From: Pedosphaera sp. | GTDB lineage: Bacteria; Verrucomicrobiota; Verrucomicrobiia; Limisphaerales; UBA1096 | NCBI GenBank assembly: GCA_022451065.1 | Contig: JAKUOU010000018.1 | Coordinates: 1,490 to 65,489 of the forward strand | Length of the DNA: 64,000 nucleotides | Direction: 5' to 3' | In this document: piece by piece, positions 35,955 to 45,533 of the stretch | How the letters are laid out: each line of letters starts with the position of its first letter | Numbering within the stretch: the first letter of the stretch is position 1 | The notes under the pieces: model-generated | What the model saw: only the letters and a program-made list of their open reading frames with translations | Told to the model about the DNA's origin: nothing | Database searches by the model: none | Program-made: the position numbers and the translations under genes

Positions 35955-36709
35955 AAGTCATTGTCATCCTCAACGGGAACAATCTCCTTCACGATAGAGG
36001 CATATTCTTCGTAGCTCCACGCCACTCGTCCGTCCACGTACACGTCCGTCTTATAGTCCTTGGCCATCTCGATCGCCTCATCCAACTCGGTGGAGCTCAT
36101 TTGTACTGGTGTGTCCTGCGCCACTTTTTCGGGGGCAACCTTCAGCGCAGTGACAGACGACCCGGCTATGATTCCAGCCGGCCAAAATGACTTGAAAGCT
36201 AGCATCCAACGCCACGACTGGCGTGACACCCACCGCAACATCTGGTTCAACGACTCAAATCTACCTCGCATGCGTTCGGACCACGAACTTCTCGACGGTT
36301 CCTCCGCGATAAGACTTGGGCGGTATTGTTCCACCCCCTCACCGGTACGCACCGCGAGGTCCGACCCAGTCAGGTCGTTCCGGACAACCCGCACACGCGA
36401 TGGGCTTATGCGGCTGTAAACCTCAACCTGCTCCCTGTCCCGCGGCTTGGCTTCCTCTTGACGAAGGTCCAAATGATTCCCCGGCCCAGATGGCTTCGAC
36501 TCAATCTCGGGCAGCTCGAGAAAACCAAATTCACCCTGCCCCAAGTCCTGCACCGCTGGCCGAACCAGCGCCATCGGCTCCGGATGGTCAAACTCCCCTC
36601 CCTCCCCATCGGCCAAGCCCTCCTGGCTATGCCCAATCCTGCGAGAGAAAAACTTCTCCCTTGGCCCCTCGAGGGTTCCACCAACCGAAAGATATTGCAT
36701 CAGGTTCAT
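35951..36709 (-). CDS. Hypothetical protein inserted between mraZ and rsmH
   Basis: 252-aa ORF whose ATG overlaps the mraZ stop (ATGA) and whose stop overlaps the rsmH GTG (GTGA). It is acidic, with one hydrophobic segment (WRWMLAFKSFWPAGIIAGSSVTAL). I recognise no family. Confidence 0.55.
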   Translation of the reverse strand: MNLMQYLSVGGTLEGPREKFFSRRIGHSQEGLADGEGGEFDHPEPMALVRPAVQDLGQGEFGFLELPEIESKPSGPGNHLDLRQEEAKPRDREQVEVYSRISPSRVRVVRNDLTGSDLAVRTGEGVEQYRPSLIAEEPSRSSWSERMRGRFESLNQMLRWVSRQSWRWMLAFKSFWPAGIIAGSSVTALKVAPEKVAQDTPVQMSSTELDEAIEMAKDYKTDVYVDGRVAWSYEEYASIVKEIVPVEDDNDL

Positions 36710-37161
36710 AGATTTAAATTCTTGATGGCCGCTGCCGCGACTGCCTCATCGCCCTTGTTGTTTTCCTTGAATCGGCCCGGCTCCCAGATTTCGAACTTGT
36801 TGAGTCGCCCCACAAACAAGGCCTCCTTCCGTAGCCCGGCCTCGGCCGCCAATTCCTCCGGCAAACAAAGCCGCCCCACTTTGTCCAGTTTTATTTGAGC
36901 CGAGTTTCCCCCTATCACCCTTTCCACAGCTGCCACATCGTCATCGGAAAGCGACATTTCATTTAACTTATCCAACAGCAGATTTAAACGGGTGGGCGGC
37001 AAAACCAAAAGAAACTGCCGTTCCCTCAAAGGCCATAGGATGACGGATAACTCGATTTTTTCGCGCCACTTGGAAGGGACCATAACACGCCGGCTTCCAT
37101 CAATTCCGTGATGGAATCGACCGGAATAAACGGTCGTCGGCTGGTCTTGGGTTGCAGACAT
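36706..37161 (-). CDS. mraZ: Transcriptional regulator MraZ
   Basis: YSGRFHHGIDGSRRVMVPSKWRE and IKLDKVGRLCLPEEL are the two SpoVT/AbrB-like MraZ repeats. ATG at 37161 preferred; the ORF track's TTG at 37182 is an alternative. Confidence 0.9.
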   Translation of the reverse strand: MSATQDQPTTVYSGRFHHGIDGSRRVMVPSKWREKIELSVILWPLRERQFLLVLPPTRLNLLLDKLNEMSLSDDDVAAVERVIGGNSAQIKLDKVGRLCLPEELAAEAGLRKEALFVGRLNKFEIWEPGRFKENNKGDEAVAAAAIKNLNL

Positions 37162-37185
37162 AATAGGTTGCTCGGACACCAAAAT

Positions 37186-37241
37186 GGCCCTAAGCGCCCC
37201 GAATTTTCCCGTTTTCTACCGTTCTCTCCCCATATCGTCAA
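37186..37241 (-). promoter_or_regulatory. Candidate mraZ promoter overlapped by a 10-bp-phased array of GGG boxes (putative MraZ operator)
   Basis: On the minus strand: TTGACG (37241-37236), a 17-nt spacer, then TAGAAA (37218-37213). GGG(G) or GG runs end every 10 bp: plus-strand C runs at 37228-37231, 37219-37220, 37208-37210, 37197-37200 and 37188-37190. Confidence 0.45.
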
Positions 37242-37442
37242 CCAATTTTTCAAAAAAAATGAACTTTTTTTATTGGCTCTTAACCGTCCCGAATTTCGAT
37301 ATTTTAGAGCTTTTCGATGTTTCTTCCTACTGGCCAAGTGGCTTGGCTTGGCAATGTTTGGTCCCAGTACGCTCTGCGGACCACTGCGGCTCGGCCTCCG
37401 CTGCGTTGAAACCAACTCCAAAACCGGCTAGTAGATGCCGCC

Positions 37443-38513
37443 GTGCGGACGGCCAATTTCGACTATCCACTCCCCCAGGAACTCATAGCCCAGCATCCCA
37501 TCGAGCAACGGGACGCCTCCCGCTTGCTGACACTGGATCGCTCCAACGGTGCCGTCTCGCACCGGCAGTTTACCGACTTGGAGGAGTTGCTCCGGGCGGG
37601 CGACGTGTTGGTGGCAAACAACTCGCGCGTTATCCCGGCTCGCGTACGCGGTCAAAAGGAAGGCGACGGCGCCCGGGTAGAAATCCTGCTCACCGAGGAA
37701 CATACGCCCGGTGAGTGGTGGTGCATGCTGCGACCCGGTAAACGCATTCGCAACGGGACTCGCATCCAGTTGCACGACCTCGATGGCCGCCCCACTCCTC
37801 ACTGGGTCGTGTCTATCGACAAGAACGACACCGGCAAATATCTTATACGGCTTCCGCAATCGCCGGGCATGCATGAACTCCTGCAGGCCATCGGCGAGAC
37901 ACCATTACCACCGTACATCGAGCGCGCGCCGGTCGACACCTTCGCCGATCGCGAACGTTACCAGACATTGTACGCCAAGACCGACGGCTCGGTCGCCGCG
38001 CCGACGGCAGGGCTGCACTTTACCGATGCGCTGCTCGACCGACTCCGTGCGAAGGGTGTGACGTTCGCGGAGGTGACGCTACACATCGGGCCCGGAACGT
38101 TTCAGCCGGTGGAGTGCGATCACATCGAGGATCACACGATGCACGAGGAGCGTTTCGACATCAGCTCCGCCACCGCCAGGACCGTCAACCAAGCCAAAGC
38201 CGAGGGGCGGCGGGTGGTCGCGGTTGGCACTACGAGCATGCGCGTGCTTGAGTCGGCCGCGGATGATTCCGGTCGCATCGAGCCGCAGCTTGGCCGCACG
38301 GATATTTTCATTTATCCGCCGTACGATTTCCGAGTGGTCGATGCGTTGCTGACAAACTTTCACCTGCCCAAATCCACGCTACTGATGCTGGTAAGCGCGT
38401 TTTCACAGCCGGGCGGCACCGGGGGCCGAGAACACGTGCTGCGCGCCTACGCCGAGGCGGCTGCCGAGCGGTATCGTTTTTTCAGCTACGGCGACGCGAT
38501 GTTTTTGTATTGA
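37443..38513 (+). CDS. queA: S-adenosylmethionine:tRNA ribosyltransferase-isomerase
   Basis: FDYPLPQELIAQHPIEQRDASRLL, VANNSRVIPAR, LPPYI, VAAPTAGLHFT, VGTTSMR and NFHLPKSTLLMLVSAF. GTG start. Confidence 0.9.
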   Translation: MRTANFDYPLPQELIAQHPIEQRDASRLLTLDRSNGAVSHRQFTDLEELLRAGDVLVANNSRVIPARVRGQKEGDGARVEILLTEEHTPGEWWCMLRPGKRIRNGTRIQLHDLDGRPTPHWVVSIDKNDTGKYLIRLPQSPGMHELLQAIGETPLPPYIERAPVDTFADRERYQTLYAKTDGSVAAPTAGLHFTDALLDRLRAKGVTFAEVTLHIGPGTFQPVECDHIEDHTMHEERFDISSATARTVNQAKAEGRRVVAVGTTSMRVLESAADDSGRIEPQLGRTDIFIYPPYDFRVVDALLTNFHLPKSTLLMLVSAFSQPGGTGGREHVLRAYAEAAAERYRFFSYGDAMFLY

Positions 38514-39215
38514 ATGAGATCGAGCCATCCATTCGTGTCAATCAACATGGCGATGTCAGCCGACGGCAAAATTGCACCGCCGCACCGACGATTTGTCGAG
38601 TTTGGTAGCCGCCGCGATCACGCCAACCTGCTCGCGCTCCGGGCCACCGCCGACGCGGTGATGTGCGGCGCTCGCACGGTGGACTCCGCCCCGGTAACGC
38701 TGGATGCCGGCGGCGCGGCATACGAGCAGCGGCGGCTTCGTGCCGGCTTGGCCAGGCAGAATTTGCGGATCGTCGTGAGCGGCTCCGGCTCTGTTAATTT
38801 ACGGGCGGCGATTTTCCAACACCAAGTTTCGCCGGTCATTGTGATGGCCTCGGGCCAGGCACCGAAGTCACGCTTGGCCAAGTTGGAGCGTCTGGCCAAC
38901 TGCGTGAAAGTTTTCGGCGAAAAGAGTGTCTCGCTTGGCCAGGCGCTTGGCTGGCTCCGGCGTGAGTGGGCCGTCAAGCGACTGCTCTGCGAAGGCGGTG
39001 GGGAACTCAACTTCGAGTTAATCCGACTTGGCCTCGTGGATGAGTTGCACCTGACGCTCTGTCCGCGAGTCATCGGCGGGCGAGATGCGCCAACGATCGC
39101 CGACGGCAAAGGATTCGCCAGCTTGGCCAAGACGGCGAACCTGAAGATGACCCGTCAACGCCGCATCGGCGACGAGCTGTTTACGACGTGGTGCGTCAGG
39201 CCAAAAGCTCGTTGA
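38514..39215 (+). CDS. RibD C-terminal domain (diaminohydroxyphosphoribosylaminopyrimidine reductase-like) protein
   Basis: [34 protein letters not shown] and [33 protein letters not shown] fit the RibD_C/DHFR-like reductase fold. The ATG directly abuts the queA stop. Confidence 0.65.
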   Translation: MRSSHPFVSINMAMSADGKIAPPHRRFVEFGSRRDHANLLALRATADAVMCGARTVDSAPVTLDAGGAAYEQRRLRAGLARQNLRIVVSGSGSVNLRAAIFQHQVSPVIVMASGQAPKSRLAKLERLANCVKVFGEKSVSLGQALGWLRREWAVKRLLCEGGGELNFELIRLGLVDELHLTLCPRVIGGRDAPTIADGKGFASLAKTANLKMTRQRRIGDELFTTWCVRPKAR

Positions 39216-40647
39216 CAACACGAGCCCCCTGCACGCTGGTCAGGCGCTGATCGAGTCCCTGATAGCGGTAGGTGAATCGCTCGTGGTCGAGGCCAAGACA
39301 CTGCAGCACCGTGGCATTGAGGTCGTTAATGTGAACTGGGTCGCGCACGATGTTGTAGCAGAAGTCATCGGTCTCGCCGTGCACATGACCCTTCCGGATC
39401 CCACCGCCGGCCATCCACATGGTGAAGCAGCGGCCGTGATGGTCGCGCCCGTGGTTGTCCTTGGTCAGCGCACCCTGCGAGTAAATCGTCCGGCCGAATT
39501 CACCGCCACAAATCACGAGTGTGTCCTCGAGCATGCCACGCTGCTTGAGGTCCTTCACCAATGCGGCAGTGGGCTGATCGATATCCTCGCATTGGTAACG
39601 GACATCGCGCGGACAGTTGCCGTGCTGATCCCAACCGCGATGGAACAACTGCACGAACGGCACGCCGCTCTCGAGCATGCGCCGCGCGAGGATGCAGTTG
39701 TAGGCGTACTTGCCCGGCTTTTTGGAATCCTTGCCGTACAGGTCGAAGACATGTTCCGGCTCGGACTTGAGATCGGTCAACTCCGGCACGCTGGCCTGCA
39801 TGCGAAACGCCATCTCGTACTGGGCAATACGCGCCTGAATTTCCGCGTCGCGAGTTTCGGCGAACTTGGCCTCATTCACAGCCTTGATGCTATCAAGGAT
39901 CGCCCGACGCGAATCGCGGTTGATGCCCGGCGGGTCGTTGAGGAAAAGCACCGGCTCGCCGGAACTGCGGAACTTGACGCCCTGGTGTCTCGACGGCAGG
40001 AAGCCGCTCCCCCAAAGCCGCGAGTAGAGCGCCTGGCTGCCGCCGCGCCCCTTCGAGATCATCACGATGTACCCGGGCAGATTGTCGCTTGGGCTGCCGA
40101 GGCCATAGTTGAGCCACGCCCCCATGCTCGGGTGGCCAAGCTGCTGTGTGCCGGTGTGGATGTAGGTGATCGCCGGATCGTGGTTGATTGCCTCGGTGTT
40201 GACGCTACGGATGAGCGTCATCTCGTCGGCGAGCGAGGCGATGTGCGGCAATATCTCGCTGTAATACGCGCCGCTCTGCCCGTGCTGCTTGAACTCAAAC
40301 ATCGGCGCAACGCACGGGAACGACTTCTGCCCGGATGTCATGCCAGTGATACGCTGGCCCTGTCGGATGGAGTCCGGTAACTCGATGCCGTGAACCTTGC
40401 GGATGCCCGGCTTGTAGTCGTACATGTCGATGTGCGACGGGCCGCCGGAGAAGAACAGGTAAATCACCCGCTTGGCCTTGGGCATGAAATGCGGGTCACC
40501 CAGTGCGCCGCCGTGGCGTCTGGCTGCGGCGTTGAGCAGGCCCGGCTGGGCGAGCGACGCGAGACCAAGCGCACCCATGCCGCGCGCGCCGAGGTTCAGG
40601 AACTTGCGCCGGTCGAGCAGATGATCAGAATTGAATAATGGAATCAT
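39196..40647 (-). CDS. DUF1501 domain protein (sulfatase-like fold, Tat signal)
   Basis: Twin-arginine leader [45 protein letters not shown] and [19 protein letters not shown] are typical of DUF1501. Confidence 0.85.
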   Translation of the reverse strand: MIPLFNSDHLLDRRKFLNLGARGMGALGLASLAQPGLLNAAARRHGGALGDPHFMPKAKRVIYLFFSGGPSHIDMYDYKPGIRKVHGIELPDSIRQGQRITGMTSGQKSFPCVAPMFEFKQHGQSGAYYSEILPHIASLADEMTLIRSVNTEAINHDPAITYIHTGTQQLGHPSMGAWLNYGLGSPSDNLPGYIVMISKGRGGSQALYSRLWGSGFLPSRHQGVKFRSSGEPVLFLNDPPGINRDSRRAILDSIKAVNEAKFAETRDAEIQARIAQYEMAFRMQASVPELTDLKSEPEHVFDLYGKDSKKPGKYAYNCILARRMLESGVPFVQLFHRGWDQHGNCPRDVRYQCEDIDQPTAALVKDLKQRGMLEDTLVICGGEFGRTIYSQGALTKDNHGRDHHGRCFTMWMAGGGIRKGHVHGETDDFCYNIVRDPVHINDLNATVLQCLGLDHERFTYRYQGLDQRLTSVQGARVVNELLA

Positions 40648-40650
40648 GTG

Positions 40651-43614
40651 TCACTCCTTGGTGATGACTTCGTCGAGATTGAAAATGGCGCTGGCCACGG
40701 TAGTCCAGGCAGCGTGCCGGGCCAAGTCGAGTGACTCGTCACGCCCGGTCTCGCCAAACTTCAGCAGCTCCCCGGCGCGCTTAGTGTCAGCGCTGAATTC
40801 CTTAAGCTGACTGTCGTACAAGTTGCGGAACACGCGTTTTCGCAACTCATCCGCCGGGCGCGCCGTGGCGAGCATAAACGCATAGTCGAGCTGCGAGTCG
40901 AAGTCCGCCCCGCCCTGCTGCAGTACCCGCTGCGCGAATACACGCGCCGCCTCGACGAACTGCACATCGTTCATCGTCACCAATGCCTGCATCGGCGTGT
41001 TGGTGCGCGGCCGTTGTATGACGCATTTTTCGCGCGTCGGCGCGTCGAACGCCATCATGTTGGGCATTGGCGCGGAGCGCTTCCAGTAGGTGTACATAGA
41101 TCGGCGGTACAGTTTCGCGCCTTTGTCCGGCTTGTAAAACAGGCCGCCGTTTAGCGCGACCTCGTTCCAGATGCGCGGCGGCTGGTACGGTTTAACGCTC
41201 GGCCCGCCGATCCTGCCGTTAAGCACGCCACTCACGGCGAGCGCATTGTCGCGGATGAACTCACCCTGCAGCCGCAACCTCGGCGCATGCGAGAGAAACA
41301 CATTCTCGGGGTCGCGCCGGAGCTGTTCCGCCGTAGCGGCGGACTGCTGCCGGTATGTCGCCGACAGAAGCATCTGCTTTAACATGCGCTTCACGTTCCA
41401 GCCGCCATCGGCGAAGTCGCGCGCCAGCCAGTCGAGCAGGCCCGGGTGACTCGGCAACGCGCCGCGTGTTCCGAAGTCTGACACCGTCGTCACCAGCCCC
41501 GCGCCGAAGATCATCGACCAGTAACGGTTCACCGCCACGCGGGCCGTCAGCGGATGGTCGTCATCAGCGATCCACTTAGCCAAGCCAAGCCGCTTTGCCG
41601 GTGCCCCCTCAGGCAACGCCGGCAGCACGGCCGGGATACCGGGTGAAATCTCCTCGTCCTTTTTCGGCGATGCGTAATGACCCCGCTCAAGCAAATAGGT
41701 TTTGCGCGGCTTGGCCAAGTCGCCCATCGTCATCACCGTAACGATCGACTTATCGTAGTCGGTCACCGCCTTCTCAGCGGATTTGATCCTGGCATCCAGT
41801 TCGCGGCCAAGCGGCCAGACGGATTTTTTGTAGTAGTCACACAATTGTGTAATGTCCCCGGCCTTCAGCACATCCGCACGAAGGTGGGCCAGGATATTCT
41901 CCGGCAGACCGGAGCCGCCCAGCTTGAAATAAAATCCTGCCGGGCCGCCGTTGTTGACGATCTTGAGCAGCAAATGGTTTTCGCCCTTAGCCAACTTCAG
42001 GTTGGCCTTCTCCTGGTCCGCCGCCGGGCCGCGGTCCACATTCTTGGCGAGCACCTGACCGCCGTTGAGGAACACCTTGATCGCGTCGTCACTGCCAAGC
42101 GACACGGCCACCTCCTGCATCATTGAGGACTTCACTGTCCGGTAAAAATAGGCCGCACTGCGATCGGGAATGGCGACAGTGTGCACCTTACCATCCTCGT
42201 AGGTGCGGGCCTCCCATTTTTTGCCGCCGTGGCCCTTGGCCAGGTCCACCTTCTTTTCCGGCCCCCAATCCTTATTGAACGCCTGGTTTTTGTCCTTGCC
42301 CGTGAAGCTGCCGAGAAACTGCCAGCCGCCAAACTCGGGCGGATGCGGCAGCTCGTTGGTACGGTTGTCCGCAATCCACTCGTCCATCTCCTGCTCGGTC
42401 GGCTTGGCCTTGGCTCGCTCACTCTTTATGGCAGCTACCTTGTCGCGCCGTTGCTGCAACTCTGAACTCTCGGCCATGCTGGGTACCTTGACCATCGGGG
42501 CCGAGTTGCCGTTGCGCGTTTGATTGCCGGCGTCGGAGTTGATGTTGAAGTAGGCGTAAAACTGATAGTACTCCTTCTGTGAAATCGGATCATACTTGTG
42601 GTCGTGGCACTGGGCGCATTCCATCGTCAAGCCAAGCCAGACATTCGAGGTTGTCTTGACGCGATCGACGTTGTATTCGACGCGGTACTCCTCTTCGATC
42701 AAGCCGCCCTCGTCGGTCGTTCCATGGTTGCGGTTGAAACCGGAAGCGACCTTGTGGTCGAGCGACGCGTTCTCGAACTGATCGCCAGCCAACTGCTCAA
42801 TCGTGAACTCGTCGAAGCGCTTGTTGTCGTTGTACGCCCGGATCACCCAGTCACGCCATGGCCACATGTAACGCACGCCATCATCGTGAAACACGCTCGA
42901 GTCGCCATACCGCGCGGCATCCATCCAAGCAAGTGTCATCCGCTCACCGTAACGCTCGCTCGCCAGCAATGAGTCGATAAGCCTTTCGTACGCACCCGGG
43001 TCAGTATCGCTGACAAACTGCTCGACCGCCACCGGTGACGGCGGCAGCCCGGTCAGGTCCAGGCACACCCGGCGTATGAACGTCCGGCGATCCGTCTCCG
43101 GCGAAGGCTCAAGCCCGTTGGCCTCCATTCTGGCAAGTGTGAAAAAGTCGATGGGGTTCCTTGGCCAAGCCCGGTGTTCCACCTCGGGCAGGTTCGATCG
43201 CTTCGGCGTGACGAACGCCCAGTGGCCCTCCCACTCGGCGCCCTGCTCAATCCAACGCCTGATCGTGGCAATCTCCTCCGCCGCCAGCTCTTTCTTGGTC
43301 TCGGATGGAGGCATCCGGTCGTCAAGATCGTGTGAGGTGATCTTTTGGTACAACAAACTCTCGGCCGTTTTGCCCGGCACGACGATGCGCTCGTCGCCGG
43401 AGCCGCCGAAGAGGCCGTCCCGGGTGTCGAGCCGCAGCTTGGCCTTGCGCTGTCCCTCATCCGGCCCATGGCACTGAATGCAGTAGTGGGACAGCAGTGG
43501 CCGCACATGCACGCCGAACCGCACCTCCCCCGGCGCAGCTGCCCGCACTTGGTCAAGTGCCATCCCCACGGCCAGCACCGGAATAACCCATAAAAATTTA
43601 ATTAAAAAACCCAT
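40651..43614 (-). CDS. PSCyt1 / DUF1549 / DUF1553 multidomain protein
   Basis: Signal peptide, planctomycete-type cytochrome c motif CIQCHGPDEGQRKAKLRLD, DUF1549 box RRVCLDLTGLPPSP, CAQCHDHKYDP and a DUF1553 C-terminal region. The stop lies 3 nt before the DUF1501 start. Confidence 0.85.
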   Translation of the reverse strand: MGFLIKFLWVIPVLAVGMALDQVRAAAPGEVRFGVHVRPLLSHYCIQCHGPDEGQRKAKLRLDTRDGLFGGSGDERIVVPGKTAESLLYQKITSHDLDDRMPPSETKKELAAEEIATIRRWIEQGAEWEGHWAFVTPKRSNLPEVEHRAWPRNPIDFFTLARMEANGLEPSPETDRRTFIRRVCLDLTGLPPSPVAVEQFVSDTDPGAYERLIDSLLASERYGERMTLAWMDAARYGDSSVFHDDGVRYMWPWRDWVIRAYNDNKRFDEFTIEQLAGDQFENASLDHKVASGFNRNHGTTDEGGLIEEEYRVEYNVDRVKTTSNVWLGLTMECAQCHDHKYDPISQKEYYQFYAYFNINSDAGNQTRNGNSAPMVKVPSMAESSELQQRRDKVAAIKSERAKAKPTEQEMDEWIADNRTNELPHPPEFGGWQFLGSFTGKDKNQAFNKDWGPEKKVDLAKGHGGKKWEARTYEDGKVHTVAIPDRSAAYFYRTVKSSMMQEVAVSLGSDDAIKVFLNGGQVLAKNVDRGPAADQEKANLKLAKGENHLLLKIVNNGGPAGFYFKLGGSGLPENILAHLRADVLKAGDITQLCDYYKKSVWPLGRELDARIKSAEKAVTDYDKSIVTVMTMGDLAKPRKTYLLERGHYASPKKDEEISPGIPAVLPALPEGAPAKRLGLAKWIADDDHPLTARVAVNRYWSMIFGAGLVTTVSDFGTRGALPSHPGLLDWLARDFADGGWNVKRMLKQMLLSATYRQQSAATAEQLRRDPENVFLSHAPRLRLQGEFIRDNALAVSGVLNGRIGGPSVKPYQPPRIWNEVALNGGLFYKPDKGAKLYRRSMYTYWKRSAPMPNMMAFDAPTREKCVIQRPRTNTPMQALVTMNDVQFVEAARVFAQRVLQQGGADFDSQLDYAFMLATARPADELRKRVFRNLYDSQLKEFSADTKRAGELLKFGETGRDESLDLARHAAWTTVASAIFNLDEVITKE

Positions 43615-43749
43615 AAAAATTTCAGTGTTCTCCTAAACAGATTGAGCGGTAAGCGCCTCAAAAAACTGCCTACAAACCAACATAAAATCAAGTGCTCTTC
43701 CGAAAAATAATCCTTTTGTGGTATCCCTTCAGGTCCATTTTTGAGGCCA

Positions 43750-45438
43750 TTAACCACTCGGGGGGAGCAGACCGAGTTTGAGGAACACGAAGCCGATCAC
43801 TCCGGCGGTCAGGGCGTAGTATACAAAAACAAGCAGAGTTTTACGGATCACGTCCCCCTCCCTGCCTGTCAGGCCAACAACCGCAGAAGCCGAGACAACA
43901 TTATGCACACAGATGACGTTTCCAGCCGCGCCGCCGACCGCCTGCAACGCCACCATCCAAGTTGGATCCACGCCGATCTTCACACCGACATTAAACTGGA
44001 ACAGCGAGAACATCATATTGCTAATGGTGTTGCTCCCGGCCACGAACGCGCCGAAGCCCCCCAGTACCGGTGCAAGCAGCGGATACGCCTCGCCAGCCAA
44101 TGCCGCCACGCCGTTGGCCAGAACGATCGGCATTTTTTCGTAGCCGGCCAAGCCTCCATCGGTGTGCAGAAACACCTGCACCATCGGTACGGTAAACACC
44201 AGCGCGATCGACGCCTTGGCGGTCGTCTTGAACGACTCGCCCCACGCAGCGCTCACGCCTGTGCCGTTCATTCGGTGCAACGCGACGGCGATCAGCGACA
44301 CGACGATGAACACCGTCCCCGGTAGGTACAGCGGTTGCAGCGAGGCATCAATGCCGGTCCAAAAGATGCTCGCCCACTTAAACTCGACAGCCTTGAGCCA
44401 GCCGGCAAACGGCACACTCAACCGGGAAACAACTAGTAACGCCGCCACGAACAGGTACGGCAGCCAGGCCGCAAAGGCACCGACCTTTGCCGACCCGCCG
44501 GCTTGGCCTGATTTCAAATCAACCTCCACCCCGCCCATCCATCCGACCTCCCACTCGGGACGCGGCGGAAAGTCCCATGGCTCGCCCTTAGGCATGAGCC
44601 AGCCACGCTTGGCCACCGGCACAACAATGGCCAAGCCGATCAGTGCACCGAGCAGCGACGGAAACTCCGGCCCGAGAAACCCGGCCACCAGCCCGTACGG
44701 TACCGTCAGTGCAAACGAGGCGAACAACGCAAACGGCCACACCGCCAGCCCTTCTCGGACCGATTTGTTTTTGCCGAAGAACCGCGTCATGAACACCACC
44801 AGCAGCAGCGGGATCATCGTCCCGACGATGACGTGCAGCAACGCAACCTTGAACCCGACGAAGGCCAGGAATCCCTCCCAATGCCCAAGGCCCATTTCGG
44901 CAACCGCCGTTTGCACCGGTTCATCGCCGGCCAAACCCTTGTTGACGCCCACGAGGATCGGCGTGCCCACCGCCCCAAACGACACCGGCGTGCTCTGGAT
45001 AATCATCCCCGCCACCACGGCCGCCAACGCCGGGAACCCCAAACCGACCATCAGGGGCACCGTCACAGCCGCCGGTGTCCCGAAGCCGGCTGCGCCCTCG
45101 ATGAACGCGCCAAACAGCCAAGCAATGATGATCACTTGCACGCGTCGGTCGGCGGAGATGTTGGTGAATCCGTTGCGGATGACTGCCAGCGCGCCGCTAT
45201 GCTTGAGCGTGTTAAGCAGTAGAATCGCGCCAAAGATGATGTAAAGCAGTTGAACCGTGACTGTAAGCCCCTTTATAGACGCAGCCGCCACCTTCGCTAC
45301 CGGCACCTGCCAGACAAACAACGCCAACCCGGCCGCCACGAGATACGAAACTGGCATCGCCCGGCTGGCCGGCAAACGGAAGCCCACCAGCAGAATGCCA
45401 ACAACTAGGATCGGGAGAAAGGCAAGGAGTGCAGTCAT
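43750..45438 (-). CDS. lctP: L-lactate/glycolate permease (LctP family)
   Basis: 562-aa polytopic protein. [29 protein letters not shown] and [15 protein letters not shown] closely match the LldP/GlcA core. Confidence 0.8.
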   Translation of the reverse strand: MTALLAFLPILVVGILLVGFRLPASRAMPVSYLVAAGLALFVWQVPVAKVAAASIKGLTVTVQLLYIIFGAILLLNTLKHSGALAVIRNGFTNISADRRVQVIIIAWLFGAFIEGAAGFGTPAAVTVPLMVGLGFPALAAVVAGMIIQSTPVSFGAVGTPILVGVNKGLAGDEPVQTAVAEMGLGHWEGFLAFVGFKVALLHVIVGTMIPLLLVVFMTRFFGKNKSVREGLAVWPFALFASFALTVPYGLVAGFLGPEFPSLLGALIGLAIVVPVAKRGWLMPKGEPWDFPPRPEWEVGWMGGVEVDLKSGQAGGSAKVGAFAAWLPYLFVAALLVVSRLSVPFAGWLKAVEFKWASIFWTGIDASLQPLYLPGTVFIVVSLIAVALHRMNGTGVSAAWGESFKTTAKASIALVFTVPMVQVFLHTDGGLAGYEKMPIVLANGVAALAGEAYPLLAPVLGGFGAFVAGSNTISNMMFSLFQFNVGVKIGVDPTWMVALQAVGGAAGNVICVHNVVSASAVVGLTGREGDVIRKTLLVFVYYALTAGVIGFVFLKLGLLPPSG

Positions 45439-45468
45439 GGATCAACCGGTCGCCGCACTCTAGCGGTA

Positions 45469-45488
45469 GCCAAGCGCTTGGCCAAGCG
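45469..45488. repeat. Interlocked palindromes GCCAAGCGCTTGGCCAAGCG (GCGC-centred plus GGCC-centred)
   Basis: Lies in the intergenic region between the lactate permease start and nuoA. GCCAAGCGCTTGGC (45469-45482) and CGCTTGGCCAAGCG (45475-45488) are each perfect palindromes sharing CGCTTGGC. Confidence 0.95.
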
Positions 45489-45533
45489 GGGTTTGACCTT
45501 GCGCCACCCGTAGGTCGACCTTAGATTTCGTAC

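Noticed and set aside
39283-40380. 365-aa ORF antisense to the DUF1501 gene
   Set aside because: Shadow ORF opposite a well-supported CDS, with low-complexity Arg/Ala/Val-rich composition. Similar ORFs at 44162-45244, 55182-56093, 13168-14076 and 49677-50390 are rejected for the same reason.
45493-45527. TTGACC ... TAGATT as a promoter for nuoA
   Set aside because: The spacer is 23 nt, too long for a sigma70-type promoter.
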